This document shows positions 28,473-37,308 of a DNA stretch of 64,000 bases, one piece after another. The position numbers were made by a program, and so were the translations under genes. The first letter of the stretch is position 1. Each line of letters opens with the position of its first letter. The DNA is from an uncultured Porphyromonadaceae bacterium (GTDB taxonomy: Bacteria > Bacteroidota > Bacteroidia > Bacteroidales > Muribaculaceae): assembly GCA_902495245.1 (NCBI GenBank), contig CABUWI010000006.1:70444-134443 (forward strand). The letters run 5' to 3'. The notes beneath the pieces were generated by a model, which saw nothing but the letters and a program-made list of their open reading frames with translations, was not told the DNA's origin and searched no databases.

Positions 28473-30155
28473 ATGAACCTTAAATCTTTATCATCGTTGG
28501 TGCTGGCGCTCGCGCTGACTCTGCCTGCCGCCGCACAGTTCGACCTCTCGAGCCAGCGGTCGGAAGACCAGACCGTACGCTCGGCCGCCGCTGCCAAGAC
28601 TCAGTCAAGCCCGTTCGGAATCAACCCGCGCCCCCACAGCCTCACGCTCTCGGGCGGAGAGTATAAGCCTAAGAAGCAGAAGGTCAATATCAAGTCTGCC
28701 ATCGGCCTCGACGGCCCGTCGGGCGCCTACCGCCTCACCATCGGCAAAAAGGGCATTGAAATCCTCGCAGCCGACGCCCGCGGCGAGTTCTATGCGCGTC
28801 AGACACTGCGGCAACTCCTGGACTCGACCGACACGGCCGCCATTCCGCAGCTCGTCATCGACGACCGCCCCGACATCGAGCACCGCGGCGTCGTCGAGGG
28901 CTTCTACGGCACGCCGTGGAGCCACCAGGCACGCCTGAGCCTCATCGACTTCTACGGCCGCAACAAGCTCAACACATATATCTACGGTCCCAAGGACGAC
29001 CCCTATCACTCGTCGCCGAACTGGCGCAAGCCCTACCCCGCCGACCAGGCCCGCAATATCCACGAGCTCGTCGAGGCGTGCCGCCGCAACTACGTTGACT
29101 TCGTGTGGGCCATTCACCCCGGCAAGGACATTCGCTGGACCGACGCCGACCGCGACAGCCTGGCAATGAAGTTCGAGATGATGTATGACCTGGGCGTGCG
29201 CTCGTTCGCCATCTTCTTCGACGACATCGAGGGCGAGGGCACCAACCCCTACCGCCAGGTGGAGCTGCTGAACTGGCTGACCGACAATTTCGTGAAGCGC
29301 CACGACGACGTGGCCGACCTCATTGTCTGCCCCACCGACTATTCGCGCCTCTGGGCCAACCCCACCGAGCGCGGCGCCAACGCAATCTACGGCCGCGAGC
29401 TCCGGCCCGAAATCGACGTGATGTACACCGGCGACTTTGTCTGCTCCGACCTCACAAAGGACACCATGGACTTTTTCAACGCGCTCATCAAGCGCCCGGG
29501 TTACTACTGGTGGAACTGGCCCGTAACCGACTATGCGCGCAACTTCCTGCTCCAGGGCCCGGCCTACGGGCTCGACACGTCGCTCACCGCCGCAGACGTC
29601 GCCGCCCTTGTCAGCAACCCGATGGAACACGCCGAGGCGTCGAAAACGGCGCTCTACGGCGTGGCCGACTACGCATGGAACGTCGCGGCCTACAATCCGC
29701 TCGAAAACTGGGAGCGCGCCCTGCGCGAAATGATGCCCGAATGCCCCGAGGCCTACCGCGCTTTCGCCATTCACAGCTGCGACACGCAGACGGGCTATCG
29801 CCGCGACGAATCGTGGCAGACCGACTCGACTACCCTCGAGGCCGACCTGCGCGCACTCGCCTCGGCGCCCGCCGAAATCCGCGCCAAATGCGCGAACAAG
29901 GCGCTCGTGGCCGAACTTGACCCGTGGCTCACTCAGGCCGAAGCCATTGCCCGCCGCGGCCTCGCGCTGATTGAACTGCAACGGCAGGCCCCCGCTCTCA
30001 CCCCCGCCCAAATCGCCGAGCGCCTCAACGCACTCGAACCGACCGAAGCCGAAAACGAAGCCCTCAAGGCCCACACCCTCGGCACCCTCCGCCTCCAGCC
30101 CGCCCTCGACTCCATCGCCGCCCGCCTCCGCGCCCAAACCTCCCCCAACCCTTAA
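28473..30155 (+). CDS. secreted GH84 beta-N-acetylglucosaminidase (O-GlcNAcase-like)
   Basis: 560 aa with a signal peptide. The block HRGVVEGFYGTPWSHQARLSLIDFYGRNKLNTYIYGPKDDPYH ... FAIFFDDIEGEG contains the GH84 catalytic DD pair context. Confidence 0.85.
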   Translation: MNLKSLSSLVLALALTLPAAAQFDLSSQRSEDQTVRSAAAAKTQSSPFGINPRPHSLTLSGGEYKPKKQKVNIKSAIGLDGPSGAYRLTIGKKGIEILAADARGEFYARQTLRQLLDSTDTAAIPQLVIDDRPDIEHRGVVEGFYGTPWSHQARLSLIDFYGRNKLNTYIYGPKDDPYHSSPNWRKPYPADQARNIHELVEACRRNYVDFVWAIHPGKDIRWTDADRDSLAMKFEMMYDLGVRSFAIFFDDIEGEGTNPYRQVELLNWLTDNFVKRHDDVADLIVCPTDYSRLWANPTERGANAIYGRELRPEIDVMYTGDFVCSDLTKDTMDFFNALIKRPGYYWWNWPVTDYARNFLLQGPAYGLDTSLTAADVAALVSNPMEHAEASKTALYGVADYAWNVAAYNPLENWERALREMMPECPEAYRAFAIHSCDTQTGYRRDESWQTDSTTLEADLRALASAPAEIRAKCANKALVAELDPWLTQAEAIARRGLALIELQRQAPALTPAQIAERLNALEPTEAENEALKAHTLGTLRLQPALDSIAARLRAQTSPNP

Positions 30156-30199
30156 CCCTCAACCTTTAACCCTTAACTCTCAACTCTTAACCTTAACCC
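30152..30199. repeat. 7 x ~7-nt tandem tract (TYAACYC) between convergent genes
   Basis: The units are ttaaccc, tcaacct, ttaaccc, ttaactc, tcaactc, ttaacc and ttaaccc. The tract starts inside the GH84 stop codon and ends 3 nt before the next gene's stop. Confidence 0.75.
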
Positions 30200-30202
30200 T
30201 GC

Positions 30203-33200
30203 TCAATTGCTCTGCAGGACCTTGGGTGTGAAACTGAAGCGGTAGCCCACGGTGAGCATCGCATAACGCGGCAGCGAGTTGGTCCACGTTTCGGTGCGCC
30301 CCTGGGCGTTGACATAGTAGCTCACAACCGAGAGTTGCCCCAGAATGTCGACGGCCTCGAGCTTCACCGTCAGCGCCCCCTTGAGGAAGGCTTTCTGCAC
30401 CGAAGCGTTCCAGATCCACTCCGTCGTGTTTAGCGCCGCGTCTTCATAGCCGCTGCGAAAATCCGCCCGCATCGACGTCTCGCCCGAGATTTCCCACGGC
30501 AGATAGAATGCCACGGAGGCCGTGGCGTGCGACTTCCAGGCCGAAATAGTGTGGAAATCGGCGCGTGGAGAGCGAGAGTGCTGCCACGTCGTGCCGCCCG
30601 CAAGCGAGAAGCGGGTGCCGTTTTTCAGTTTGTAGGAAATGTGGGCCTGCGCGGCGACGTCGTCGGTGAGCACAAGCGAGCGCACCGGCGCGCCTCCGGC
30701 CGAGGTGTAGTCAACGCTGTTGTTGTGGCTGTAATTGACGTTGCCGCCCGCGCTCCAGCACTCGCCCGGCCCGAAGGGCGAACGATAGTTCGCGAAGATT
30801 GAAGCCTGCCAGTTGCCGTTGACGGCCACGGGGCGGTGGGTGGTGATGCCCGTTGCGGGATCGAACACCGCCGTCTGTGCCATGGCGTTGTCGCGGCGGA
30901 AGAAAGAGCCGTAAATGGTCGCGAAATCATGGCGCTTGTTGCCGTAATAATAGCCGTTGATGAAAACATTGTGTATACGTCCGCGCGGCAGCGTCATTCC
31001 CTCTGTCGGGCCGAGATAGACATTGAGCGGGTCGGAGGAATTGACCGTAGGCACGAACGTTAACAGGTCTTCGAGCGACTCGCGGTAGCTATAGCCGGCC
31101 TGCAGGTTGAAATAGCTGATTTTGTTGTTTGACGACACTCCGACGGTTGCCGACGCGGAGCTCACGCCGTCCGTGGCGTTCAGGCGATAGTCAAGCGGGT
31201 CGGTAAGGTGCGGCTTGCGATAGGCGAGATTGCGGAACTTCTCGCGGAAGCTGTATGACACGTTCACGCTGAAGGTCGGATTGAGCGCCGAGTCGGCCGG
31301 AGCTATGATTTCGCTCCTGTAGCTCACGGAGGCCCTCACCGCGGCGTCATTGTCGAGTTTGCGGTAGTTGAGCGTATTTTCGGCGTCGAGGAGCGGGCGC
31401 ACGTTCTCGGGCGCCGTTACCGACGGCAGCGGGCGCGACGCCGGGTCGACGGCCTCCATCAGCACGTCGTAGGCCAGAGCCTCGTTCTCCTTGTTGCGCT
31501 CCATGTCCCACGAAACCGACGGGTTGAACTCGACCGAGCGCATGCGCCGCTCGCCCATGAAACGCTTGGTGTGATTATAAGTCAGCGAGGCGTTGGCCTC
31601 GGTGCGGTGAGTGGTGTTGTCGCCCCACTGCGTGCGGCGCAACGGTTCGACAGCTGCGTCGGCAATATACGGCTGGTCATATAGCCGACCGTAGCGCGAA
31701 GAGAAGTGATGGTCATGGACATAGCCGCTGAGCGTCAGTGAGCCGCGCCACGTCGGCGGCCGCAACACGGCGTTGAGCCGCGCCGAAAGGCGCAGACGGT
31801 CGGGAAATCCTGACGGTGCACCCCGTTGCGACTGATAGACGCTCGACGTCAGCGACCGCATCAGCTCCTCCGAGATGTCGGGCGCCGCGGCTGAGAAGAG
31901 CGAGTCGATGGCGGCGCCTCGGCTCTGCTCGGGGGGATTGCTGTCGAAATTGGCCTGCATGACATATTGACGCATGTCGCCGCGGCCCCAGTCGAGCTGC
32001 GGGCTAAACCAAACGGACAGATTGTCGCCGAAATAGCGCATCGAGGCATTGGCCTCGAGATGGTTGCGCGTTTCCCTGCGGTCGCTCCGCGAGCGCCCGT
32101 AAACATTGCCGGTCTCATAGAAATTGGTGGTCGACGTCAGCGACTGCTTGTCGATGCGCTCGTCGGTATAGAGCATGTCGGCGCTCAGCTCCCACCTCTT
32201 CGTAGGATTCCAGAAGACGTCGAAACCGCCGATGGCCAGCTGCAGCTCGCCGTCGGGTGTCCAGCCGCGACCCCAGTTCTTGTTCGACGAATTGGCCTTC
32301 GAGGTATTGCTGATGTTGTTGGCGTTGCCGTAGGCGCTCCATCGGTAGGTCTTGCCGAACCCCACAACGAAGGCGCGCCCCAGATAGCGGTGGTCAAACC
32401 GCCGCGGGTCCTTGCCCGAATATATTCCCGGGCCGTAGCCGCCCTCCACGTTAAGAATCGTGGCCATCGAGAACTCCTTTTTCAGATGCACGTCCATGAC
32501 CAGGTTCTCCTCCTGAGGCGAGTCGGTGAGCTTTTGCGAGTCAAGGGTCAGATAATCGTCTTTGGCGGCCTTGTCATACACCTTGATTTTGTCGACGGTA
32601 TAAGCCGGCAGGTTTTTCAGCGCCACGTCGGGGTCGCCGTTGAAAAAGTCGTTGCCGTTGATTAGCAGCGAGTTCACCTTCTTTCCGTTGACCATGATGG
32701 AGCCGTCTTCGTCGAGCGTGGCGCCGGGCAGCTGGCGCACGAGGGCGTCGAGCGTCGAACCTTCGGCAAGCTTGAACGCACGCGAGTCGTAGACAATGGT
32801 GTCGCCTTTCATCACCATCTTGATGGCCGTGCCGACCACTTCGACCTCCTCAAGCGTGTTCTCGCGCCGCTTCTCCATGAAGAGGCCGCGAAGATAGACA
32901 ATGTCCTGCCCTTCGGAGGCCACCTTGAACTCGTGGCGAAGCGGCTCGTAGCCCGCACGGTTCAGAATCAGCGCATAGCGCCCCACTCCGCCCTGCACCA
33001 TCAGGCGCAGTTCGCCGTCGGGCGAGAATTTCATTTCGTCGTCGCCCTGCAGCATCTTGAAGTCAACCGGAATCGAATCGTTGAGCATCAGTGCCACATA
33101 GACACTGTCAACTTGATCGTGCCGCCACTGCGAGCGCGAGTAATCCTGTTTTTCCACAGTGCCGCGCACCACGAACTGCGACAGTTTGGCCGGTGCTGTC

Positions 33201-33244
33201 AGGCAAACGGTTGCCAGCACGAGTGCAAAAATTATTTTGCGCAT
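30203..33244 (-). CDS. outer membrane beta-barrel protein (OMP_b-brl_3 family) with N-terminal CarboxypepD_reg-like domain
   Basis: 1013 aa with a signal peptide. It has a plug-like block (VEVVGTAIKMVMKGDTIVYDSRAFKLAEGSTLDALVRQLPGATLDEDGSIMVNGKKVNSLLINGNDFF) and then a long region of alternating beta-strand sequence ending in an aromatic-rich C-terminus (YRFSFTPKVLQSN). Confidence 0.75.
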   Translation of the reverse strand: MRKIIFALVLATVCLTAPAKLSQFVVRGTVEKQDYSRSQWRHDQVDSVYVALMLNDSIPVDFKMLQGDDEMKFSPDGELRLMVQGGVGRYALILNRAGYEPLRHEFKVASEGQDIVYLRGLFMEKRRENTLEEVEVVGTAIKMVMKGDTIVYDSRAFKLAEGSTLDALVRQLPGATLDEDGSIMVNGKKVNSLLINGNDFFNGDPDVALKNLPAYTVDKIKVYDKAAKDDYLTLDSQKLTDSPQEENLVMDVHLKKEFSMATILNVEGGYGPGIYSGKDPRRFDHRYLGRAFVVGFGKTYRWSAYGNANNISNTSKANSSNKNWGRGWTPDGELQLAIGGFDVFWNPTKRWELSADMLYTDERIDKQSLTSTTNFYETGNVYGRSRSDRRETRNHLEANASMRYFGDNLSVWFSPQLDWGRGDMRQYVMQANFDSNPPEQSRGAAIDSLFSAAAPDISEELMRSLTSSVYQSQRGAPSGFPDRLRLSARLNAVLRPPTWRGSLTLSGYVHDHHFSSRYGRLYDQPYIADAAVEPLRRTQWGDNTTHRTEANASLTYNHTKRFMGERRMRSVEFNPSVSWDMERNKENEALAYDVLMEAVDPASRPLPSVTAPENVRPLLDAENTLNYRKLDNDAAVRASVSYRSEIIAPADSALNPTFSVNVSYSFREKFRNLAYRKPHLTDPLDYRLNATDGVSSASATVGVSSNNKISYFNLQAGYSYRESLEDLLTFVPTVNSSDPLNVYLGPTEGMTLPRGRIHNVFINGYYYGNKRHDFATIYGSFFRRDNAMAQTAVFDPATGITTHRPVAVNGNWQASIFANYRSPFGPGECWSAGGNVNYSHNNSVDYTSAGGAPVRSLVLTDDVAAQAHISYKLKNGTRFSLAGGTTWQHSRSPRADFHTISAWKSHATASVAFYLPWEISGETSMRADFRSGYEDAALNTTEWIWNASVQKAFLKGALTVKLEAVDILGQLSVVSYYVNAQGRTETWTNSLPRYAMLTVGYRFSFTPKVLQSN

Positions 33245-33273
33245 TCTTCCACTAACGATTGGTTAATAATGCG

Positions 33274-33281
33274 ACAAATAT
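33274..33281 (-). promoter_or_regulatory. -7 box TATATTTG upstream of the 1013-aa barrel gene
   Basis: The reverse complement of caaatata is TATATTTG. It lies 30 nt upstream of the ATG at 33244. Confidence 0.5.
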
Positions 33282-33409
33282 AGGCAAAAAGAACCAAACC
33301 GGCAAGCCCCTTCCACCCCCCCCTACAACCCACTGTATATCAACGATTTACCCTGTTAATTCATGTAAAATAATTCAAAACGGCATAGCGGCCGACCGAG
33401 AAGCGCTGC

Positions 33410-35500
33410 TCATCTGGCGGCGGGGGTGGAGTGAGTGGCGGTTGCGGAGGCGTCGATAAGCTTGTCGACGCCGCGCTTGCGCCGCCCCCAGTCGAGATTG
33501 TAGGAAATCGAGACGTAGGGAATGCGGAGGTTGACACGCATATGCTTTACGTTTGAGTTGTAGCGGTTGAGCTGCCGGGAGCCCTGGTCATATTTGCCGA
33601 AGGGCATCAGCATGCCGGCGCCGAATTGCCATTTGCCCCGATTGTATGACAAGTCAATCAGCGAGAAGTCTTCCTGCCACGTGATTCGTTCGCCGAAGAG
33701 GGTGCGCCGCGCGCGATTATATTGGGCGGAGAGGACAAAGCCGTAATGACTCAGCATCAGTTGCGCGTTGCCGCTCCAGCCGCTGTTGTGCGCATCATAG
33801 CCCGAGCCCCTCATGCGCTCCGCCCGATATTCTACCGAGCCGGCAATCGTCAGCCAGCCGGGAATGATTTCAACCTGCGGCGACAGGGTGAACTCAACGC
33901 GCTGCAGTCCGCGGCTGTTTTCAAACGAGGTGATGAGGCGGTCGCCTTGCCAGTAAAGGCGTGGCGCAATCGCGTCGGGCGACGTGTAAGCCCTGATGCC
34001 GAACGTGCCGTCAACGCGCGGCAGGCTGAAACTGTAGCGAAGCCTTAGCGTATAAGAGTTTGCGGTTTTCAGCGCGGGGTTGCCGATTTGCCACTGGAAG
34101 CCGTCAATCTGCAGCGGCGCGATGTTCGTTTCAGACAATGTAGGCTGAGTCTGCCATGATGAGAATCCGAGCAGCAGCTTGTGGTTGGAACTAATTGAGT
34201 ATGTAACCGTTGCCTGCGGGCGGAGGTTCCACGAGCCGTTGCCCCGGTCCGAGTCGAGAAAAAGAAATGCGGCATACTGCGCGCCGAATCCGGCCGTGAA
34301 CGTGAAGTTTTTGACTTTCTGATAATATTCCGCAAAGAAATAGAGGTTGTCGCGGCGCTGACGGAAGATTTGGCCGTCGAGATTCTCGTAGGCCGAACGG
34401 TTGCGGTGTGCCGAGAAGGAGACGCCGGCCGTGAGCCGCGAGTTTTTCCATCGTTTTATGTAGTTCGCCTCCAGCCCGTAAGCCTGATTGCGGTCTTTGA
34501 TGCGGGTGTGAATGTCGTTGAGAACCCCGGCGGCGTCAACACGACGTTCGACATAGTCGGAGTAAGACACCCCGGAATAGAACGAAGCGGAAAAATCGAC
34601 CACGAGCGACTGACGGTGCGCAAAATGCTGCTCAAGGTAGGCCGAGACTGTCGGCGCAGTGCCATACGAGCCGCTGCCGTTGTCGAGCCTGATGTCGCCT
34701 CCGCCGTCGCTGAGTTTGAGAATGCCTGAATATTTTTCGCCTGCCGAAAGGGTTCGGTAACCTTCTAACGACACGAAAACCACGGTCGTGTCGGGTCTCA
34801 CATAACTATAAGAGGCCCAAGCCGAGACTCGGCTGTCGCTGACAGAGCCGCCAAGCGGCTGCTCCGTGCGCGTGAGCGAATGGCCGTCGGGATAGGTGAA
34901 ACGCTCGTGGTAGTCGCGATGCGCCTTGATGTCATCGGTCATTTTATAGAAGGCGCCGACGTTCCACTGCGACCGGCCCGAATTAAGCTTCAAATCGGCC
35001 GAATAATTGCCGAAACGGGCCGTGAGCGCCGGCCGTGCATTGAGCATCAGCGAACCGCCGGCGGCGGGATTGGCAACAATGAAATTCAACACGCGGGCCG
35101 CGCCGTTATAGCGCAGGCCGGGATTGTCAATCCACTCCACGCGTTTGACCGATTCAGGTTGCAGATTGCGTACCTGTTCCGCAGTAGCCGTGCGTCCGTT
35201 GATGCGCAGCTCCACTGCCTGCCCGCTTGCCGTAACCGACCCCATCACGTCGTTGACGCTGAGCTCGGGAATCATCAGGTTATTCAGCAGCTGCATTCCG
35301 TTTTTAGAGTTCTCTACGGCACTTTTCGGGGGATAGAGCACGTCCATGTCGGCCTTGCGAACCACCTTCGGCGCCTCGATGACGATTTCGTCGAGCGCAC
35401 GTGGCGACACGGTGTCGGCGGTTTCTGCGGCGCGAACCTCGTCAACTGCCGAAACAGCGAGCAGCGCAAGAGTCAGTTTCTGAAAGATTGTCGTTTTCAT
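33410..35500 (-). CDS. outer membrane beta-barrel protein (OMP_b-brl_3 family / TonB-dependent-receptor-like)
   Basis: 696 aa with a signal peptide. It has a plug-like block (LDEIVIEAPKVV ... NGMQLLNNLMIPELSVN ... ELRINGRTA ... VKRVEWIDNPG) and a beta-barrel-type remainder. Confidence 0.72.
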   Translation of the reverse strand: MKTTIFQKLTLALLAVSAVDEVRAAETADTVSPRALDEIVIEAPKVVRKADMDVLYPPKSAVENSKNGMQLLNNLMIPELSVNDVMGSVTASGQAVELRINGRTATAEQVRNLQPESVKRVEWIDNPGLRYNGAARVLNFIVANPAAGGSLMLNARPALTARFGNYSADLKLNSGRSQWNVGAFYKMTDDIKAHRDYHERFTYPDGHSLTRTEQPLGGSVSDSRVSAWASYSYVRPDTTVVFVSLEGYRTLSAGEKYSGILKLSDGGGDIRLDNGSGSYGTAPTVSAYLEQHFAHRQSLVVDFSASFYSGVSYSDYVERRVDAAGVLNDIHTRIKDRNQAYGLEANYIKRWKNSRLTAGVSFSAHRNRSAYENLDGQIFRQRRDNLYFFAEYYQKVKNFTFTAGFGAQYAAFLFLDSDRGNGSWNLRPQATVTYSISSNHKLLLGFSSWQTQPTLSETNIAPLQIDGFQWQIGNPALKTANSYTLRLRYSFSLPRVDGTFGIRAYTSPDAIAPRLYWQGDRLITSFENSRGLQRVEFTLSPQVEIIPGWLTIAGSVEYRAERMRGSGYDAHNSGWSGNAQLMLSHYGFVLSAQYNRARRTLFGERITWQEDFSLIDLSYNRGKWQFGAGMLMPFGKYDQGSRQLNRYNSNVKHMRVNLRIPYVSISYNLDWGRRKRGVDKLIDASATATHSTPAAR

Positions 35501-35533
35501 TTTGCATTACGGTTTTATTGATTTTTCACGATG

Positions 35534-35541
35534 CAAAATTA
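35534..35541 (-). promoter_or_regulatory. -7 box TAATTTTG upstream of the 696-aa barrel gene
   Basis: The reverse complement of caaaatta is TAATTTTG. It lies 34 nt upstream of the ATG at 35500. A TTTG lies ~21 nt further upstream on the same strand, as a possible -33 element. Confidence 0.55.
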
Positions 35542-35569
35542 CGTCTGAATCAACCTTAACGCCAAAAAC

Positions 35570-35634
35570 AAAGTCTTAACCGCAAATGCGCAACACACTG
35601 ATAATCAGCGGCAGTTCAGCCTAAAAGTCTTAAC
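35570..35634 (-). promoter_or_regulatory. exact 11-nt direct repeat aaagtcttaac x2 (54-nt spacing), candidate operator
   Basis: The copies are at 35570-35580 and 35624-35634, each followed by (a)ccgc. They lie between the LuxR-type gene's stop and the barrel gene's -7 box. Confidence 0.4.
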
Positions 35635-35660
35635 ACCGCGACCGAACGTCCAAACCGCCG

Positions 35661-37301
35661 TTAAAGACCGCCCTCGCGGCGCAGAAAAGCGACTATATCC
35701 TCCTTTTCGGGCACTCCGAGCTTCTTCCTCACGGAAGATTTGCGCACGTAAATGGTGGCGACGGTCTGCCCCGTAATGACGCTGATTTCCTTCGTTGAAA
35801 ACCCGGCCACCATGAGCGCTATGATTTGCTCCTCTTTGGGCGAGAGGAGATTGCCATGACGTTCACGCAACCGCGAATAAAACCCGCCGTAGAGATTGTC
35901 TATCATGCCGTAGACGCTCTGCCAGTTGACAAGCGTCCCGTCAGTGTCGCCGTCAATCGATGAAATTTTGCGCAACATGTCGCGGTTCTGCTCGGTAGGA
36001 GTCTCGGCTACCATCTTGATGATGCCGAGCTGCTTTAGCATGGCCCGGCGCAGGGCTTCGCTTGCCGACGAATCGGCGCTGGGAGCTTTTGACTCGTCGA
36101 CCAGTTTCTGCAAGATTTCATTGCGCTCAAGCATCTCAAGGGCCTTGCGCTTGCGGTTGCGGGCATAGACCGCTAACGCGCCCGACACGAGTAGCGCCGC
36201 CAAAACGACAATGACAAGCAACGCCGTCTGGCGGTCGTTTTTGGCCTTGAGAAGCAGGCGTTGGTTCTCAATTTCCAGTGCGCGACGCCCCGCCTCCTGC
36301 CGCAGGCGCCGTGCGTCAAACAGATAATCCCTTTGTCTGTTATTTAATCTGGCCGAGGGTAGAAAGCTGACCTTACCCGTATCGTGGTAATTGAGCACGG
36401 TATGCAATACTATCGCAAAACTGTTGTAATATCCTCGTTCATCAGCGCCCATCGCTGTTGCCAGATTGTCGGCCGTTTTAAGTTCCCTAGCCGCCTCCTC
36501 AGGTTTTTGCATATTAAGGAGCGCCAGCGATTTCCAAATGAGAAAATAAGGCAACGCCGAATCGTCATCAAGCGCATTCATCAAACTGTCGGCCAAATTT
36601 ATGCTTTCCGCATATCGGCCCGATTCAATGAGGGCGCCAACCTTTTCGTATTTGTAACGAAAATGTTTTTCCTTATCGCCCTCGCGAACGGCCATGTCAA
36701 TAAAATCATCTATGACCACGAGAGCCGAATCATTCCGCTCACCGAAAAGGAAAGCAAAATAAAGCCAATATTTATACTGTGAACGCATGTTCTCATCGCG
36801 GTCAATGGCTATCAGCCGCCTTATCCGAGACTCGTTAGGCCCGTCATATGCTCCCAGCCGAACCCTGAAGCGCAATGGTTCTATCAGCAACGTTTCGGGA
36901 ACATTCGTCAGCGAAGATAGCGAGTCCAACATCTTGATAGCCTCTTCCCTTTCTCCGATGTGGTGTCTGTAGGCCGCCAATAACGACGTGCTGTTTATGC
37001 TTCGCCGCAAATCGCGGCCACGGTAAAAATCGCACGAAAAGCTCACCAGCGAATCGGCAAGAGACAGATGGCTGCGGCTGTCATGTGCGTAGGCCATGAC
37101 ATAATGATATTTGGCCTTTATCGAGTCGACGGTCAGCTCGTCTGGGTCGATGCCTCCGAGAAGCGCCAGAGCGCTGTCAGGGTCGGCCGACATCACCGAC
37201 TCGGCCCGGTCAATAATCTCGTTGCATTCGGATTGCGAACGCGAGCACGAGAGCAGAAAGATACAGGCAATTATGAAGAACGCCTGAAAATGTAGCCGCA
37301 C
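35661..37301 (-). CDS. membrane-anchored LuxR-family transcriptional regulator (exported TPR-like sensor region + 1 TM + C-terminal HTH)
   Basis: 546 aa with an apparent GTG start. It has a lipoprotein-like leader (FFIIACIFLLSCS), a ~340-aa helical TPR-like region, and a TM helix (TALLVIVVLAALLVSGALAVYA, about aa 359-380). The C-terminal LuxR HTH is LSPKEEQIIALMVAGFSTKEISVITGQTVATIYVRKSSVRKKLGV. The sensor part is visibly AT-richer than its neighbours. Confidence 0.8.
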   Translation of the reverse strand: MRLHFQAFFIIACIFLLSCSRSQSECNEIIDRAESVMSADPDSALALLGGIDPDELTVDSIKAKYHYVMAYAHDSRSHLSLADSLVSFSCDFYRGRDLRRSINSTSLLAAYRHHIGEREEAIKMLDSLSSLTNVPETLLIEPLRFRVRLGAYDGPNESRIRRLIAIDRDENMRSQYKYWLYFAFLFGERNDSALVVIDDFIDMAVREGDKEKHFRYKYEKVGALIESGRYAESINLADSLMNALDDDSALPYFLIWKSLALLNMQKPEEAARELKTADNLATAMGADERGYYNSFAIVLHTVLNYHDTGKVSFLPSARLNNRQRDYLFDARRLRQEAGRRALEIENQRLLLKAKNDRQTALLVIVVLAALLVSGALAVYARNRKRKALEMLERNEILQKLVDESKAPSADSSASEALRRAMLKQLGIIKMVAETPTEQNRDMLRKISSIDGDTDGTLVNWQSVYGMIDNLYGGFYSRLRERHGNLLSPKEEQIIALMVAGFSTKEISVITGQTVATIYVRKSSVRKKLGVPEKEDIVAFLRREGGL

Positions 37302-37308
37302 TGTTTGA

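Noticed and set aside
30152-30199. Telomere-like appearance of the TTAACCC/TCAACYC heptamer tract.
   Set aside because: It only superficially resembles CCCTAA-type repeats. It is an internal chromosomal position between two convergent intact genes, with only seven degenerate copies.
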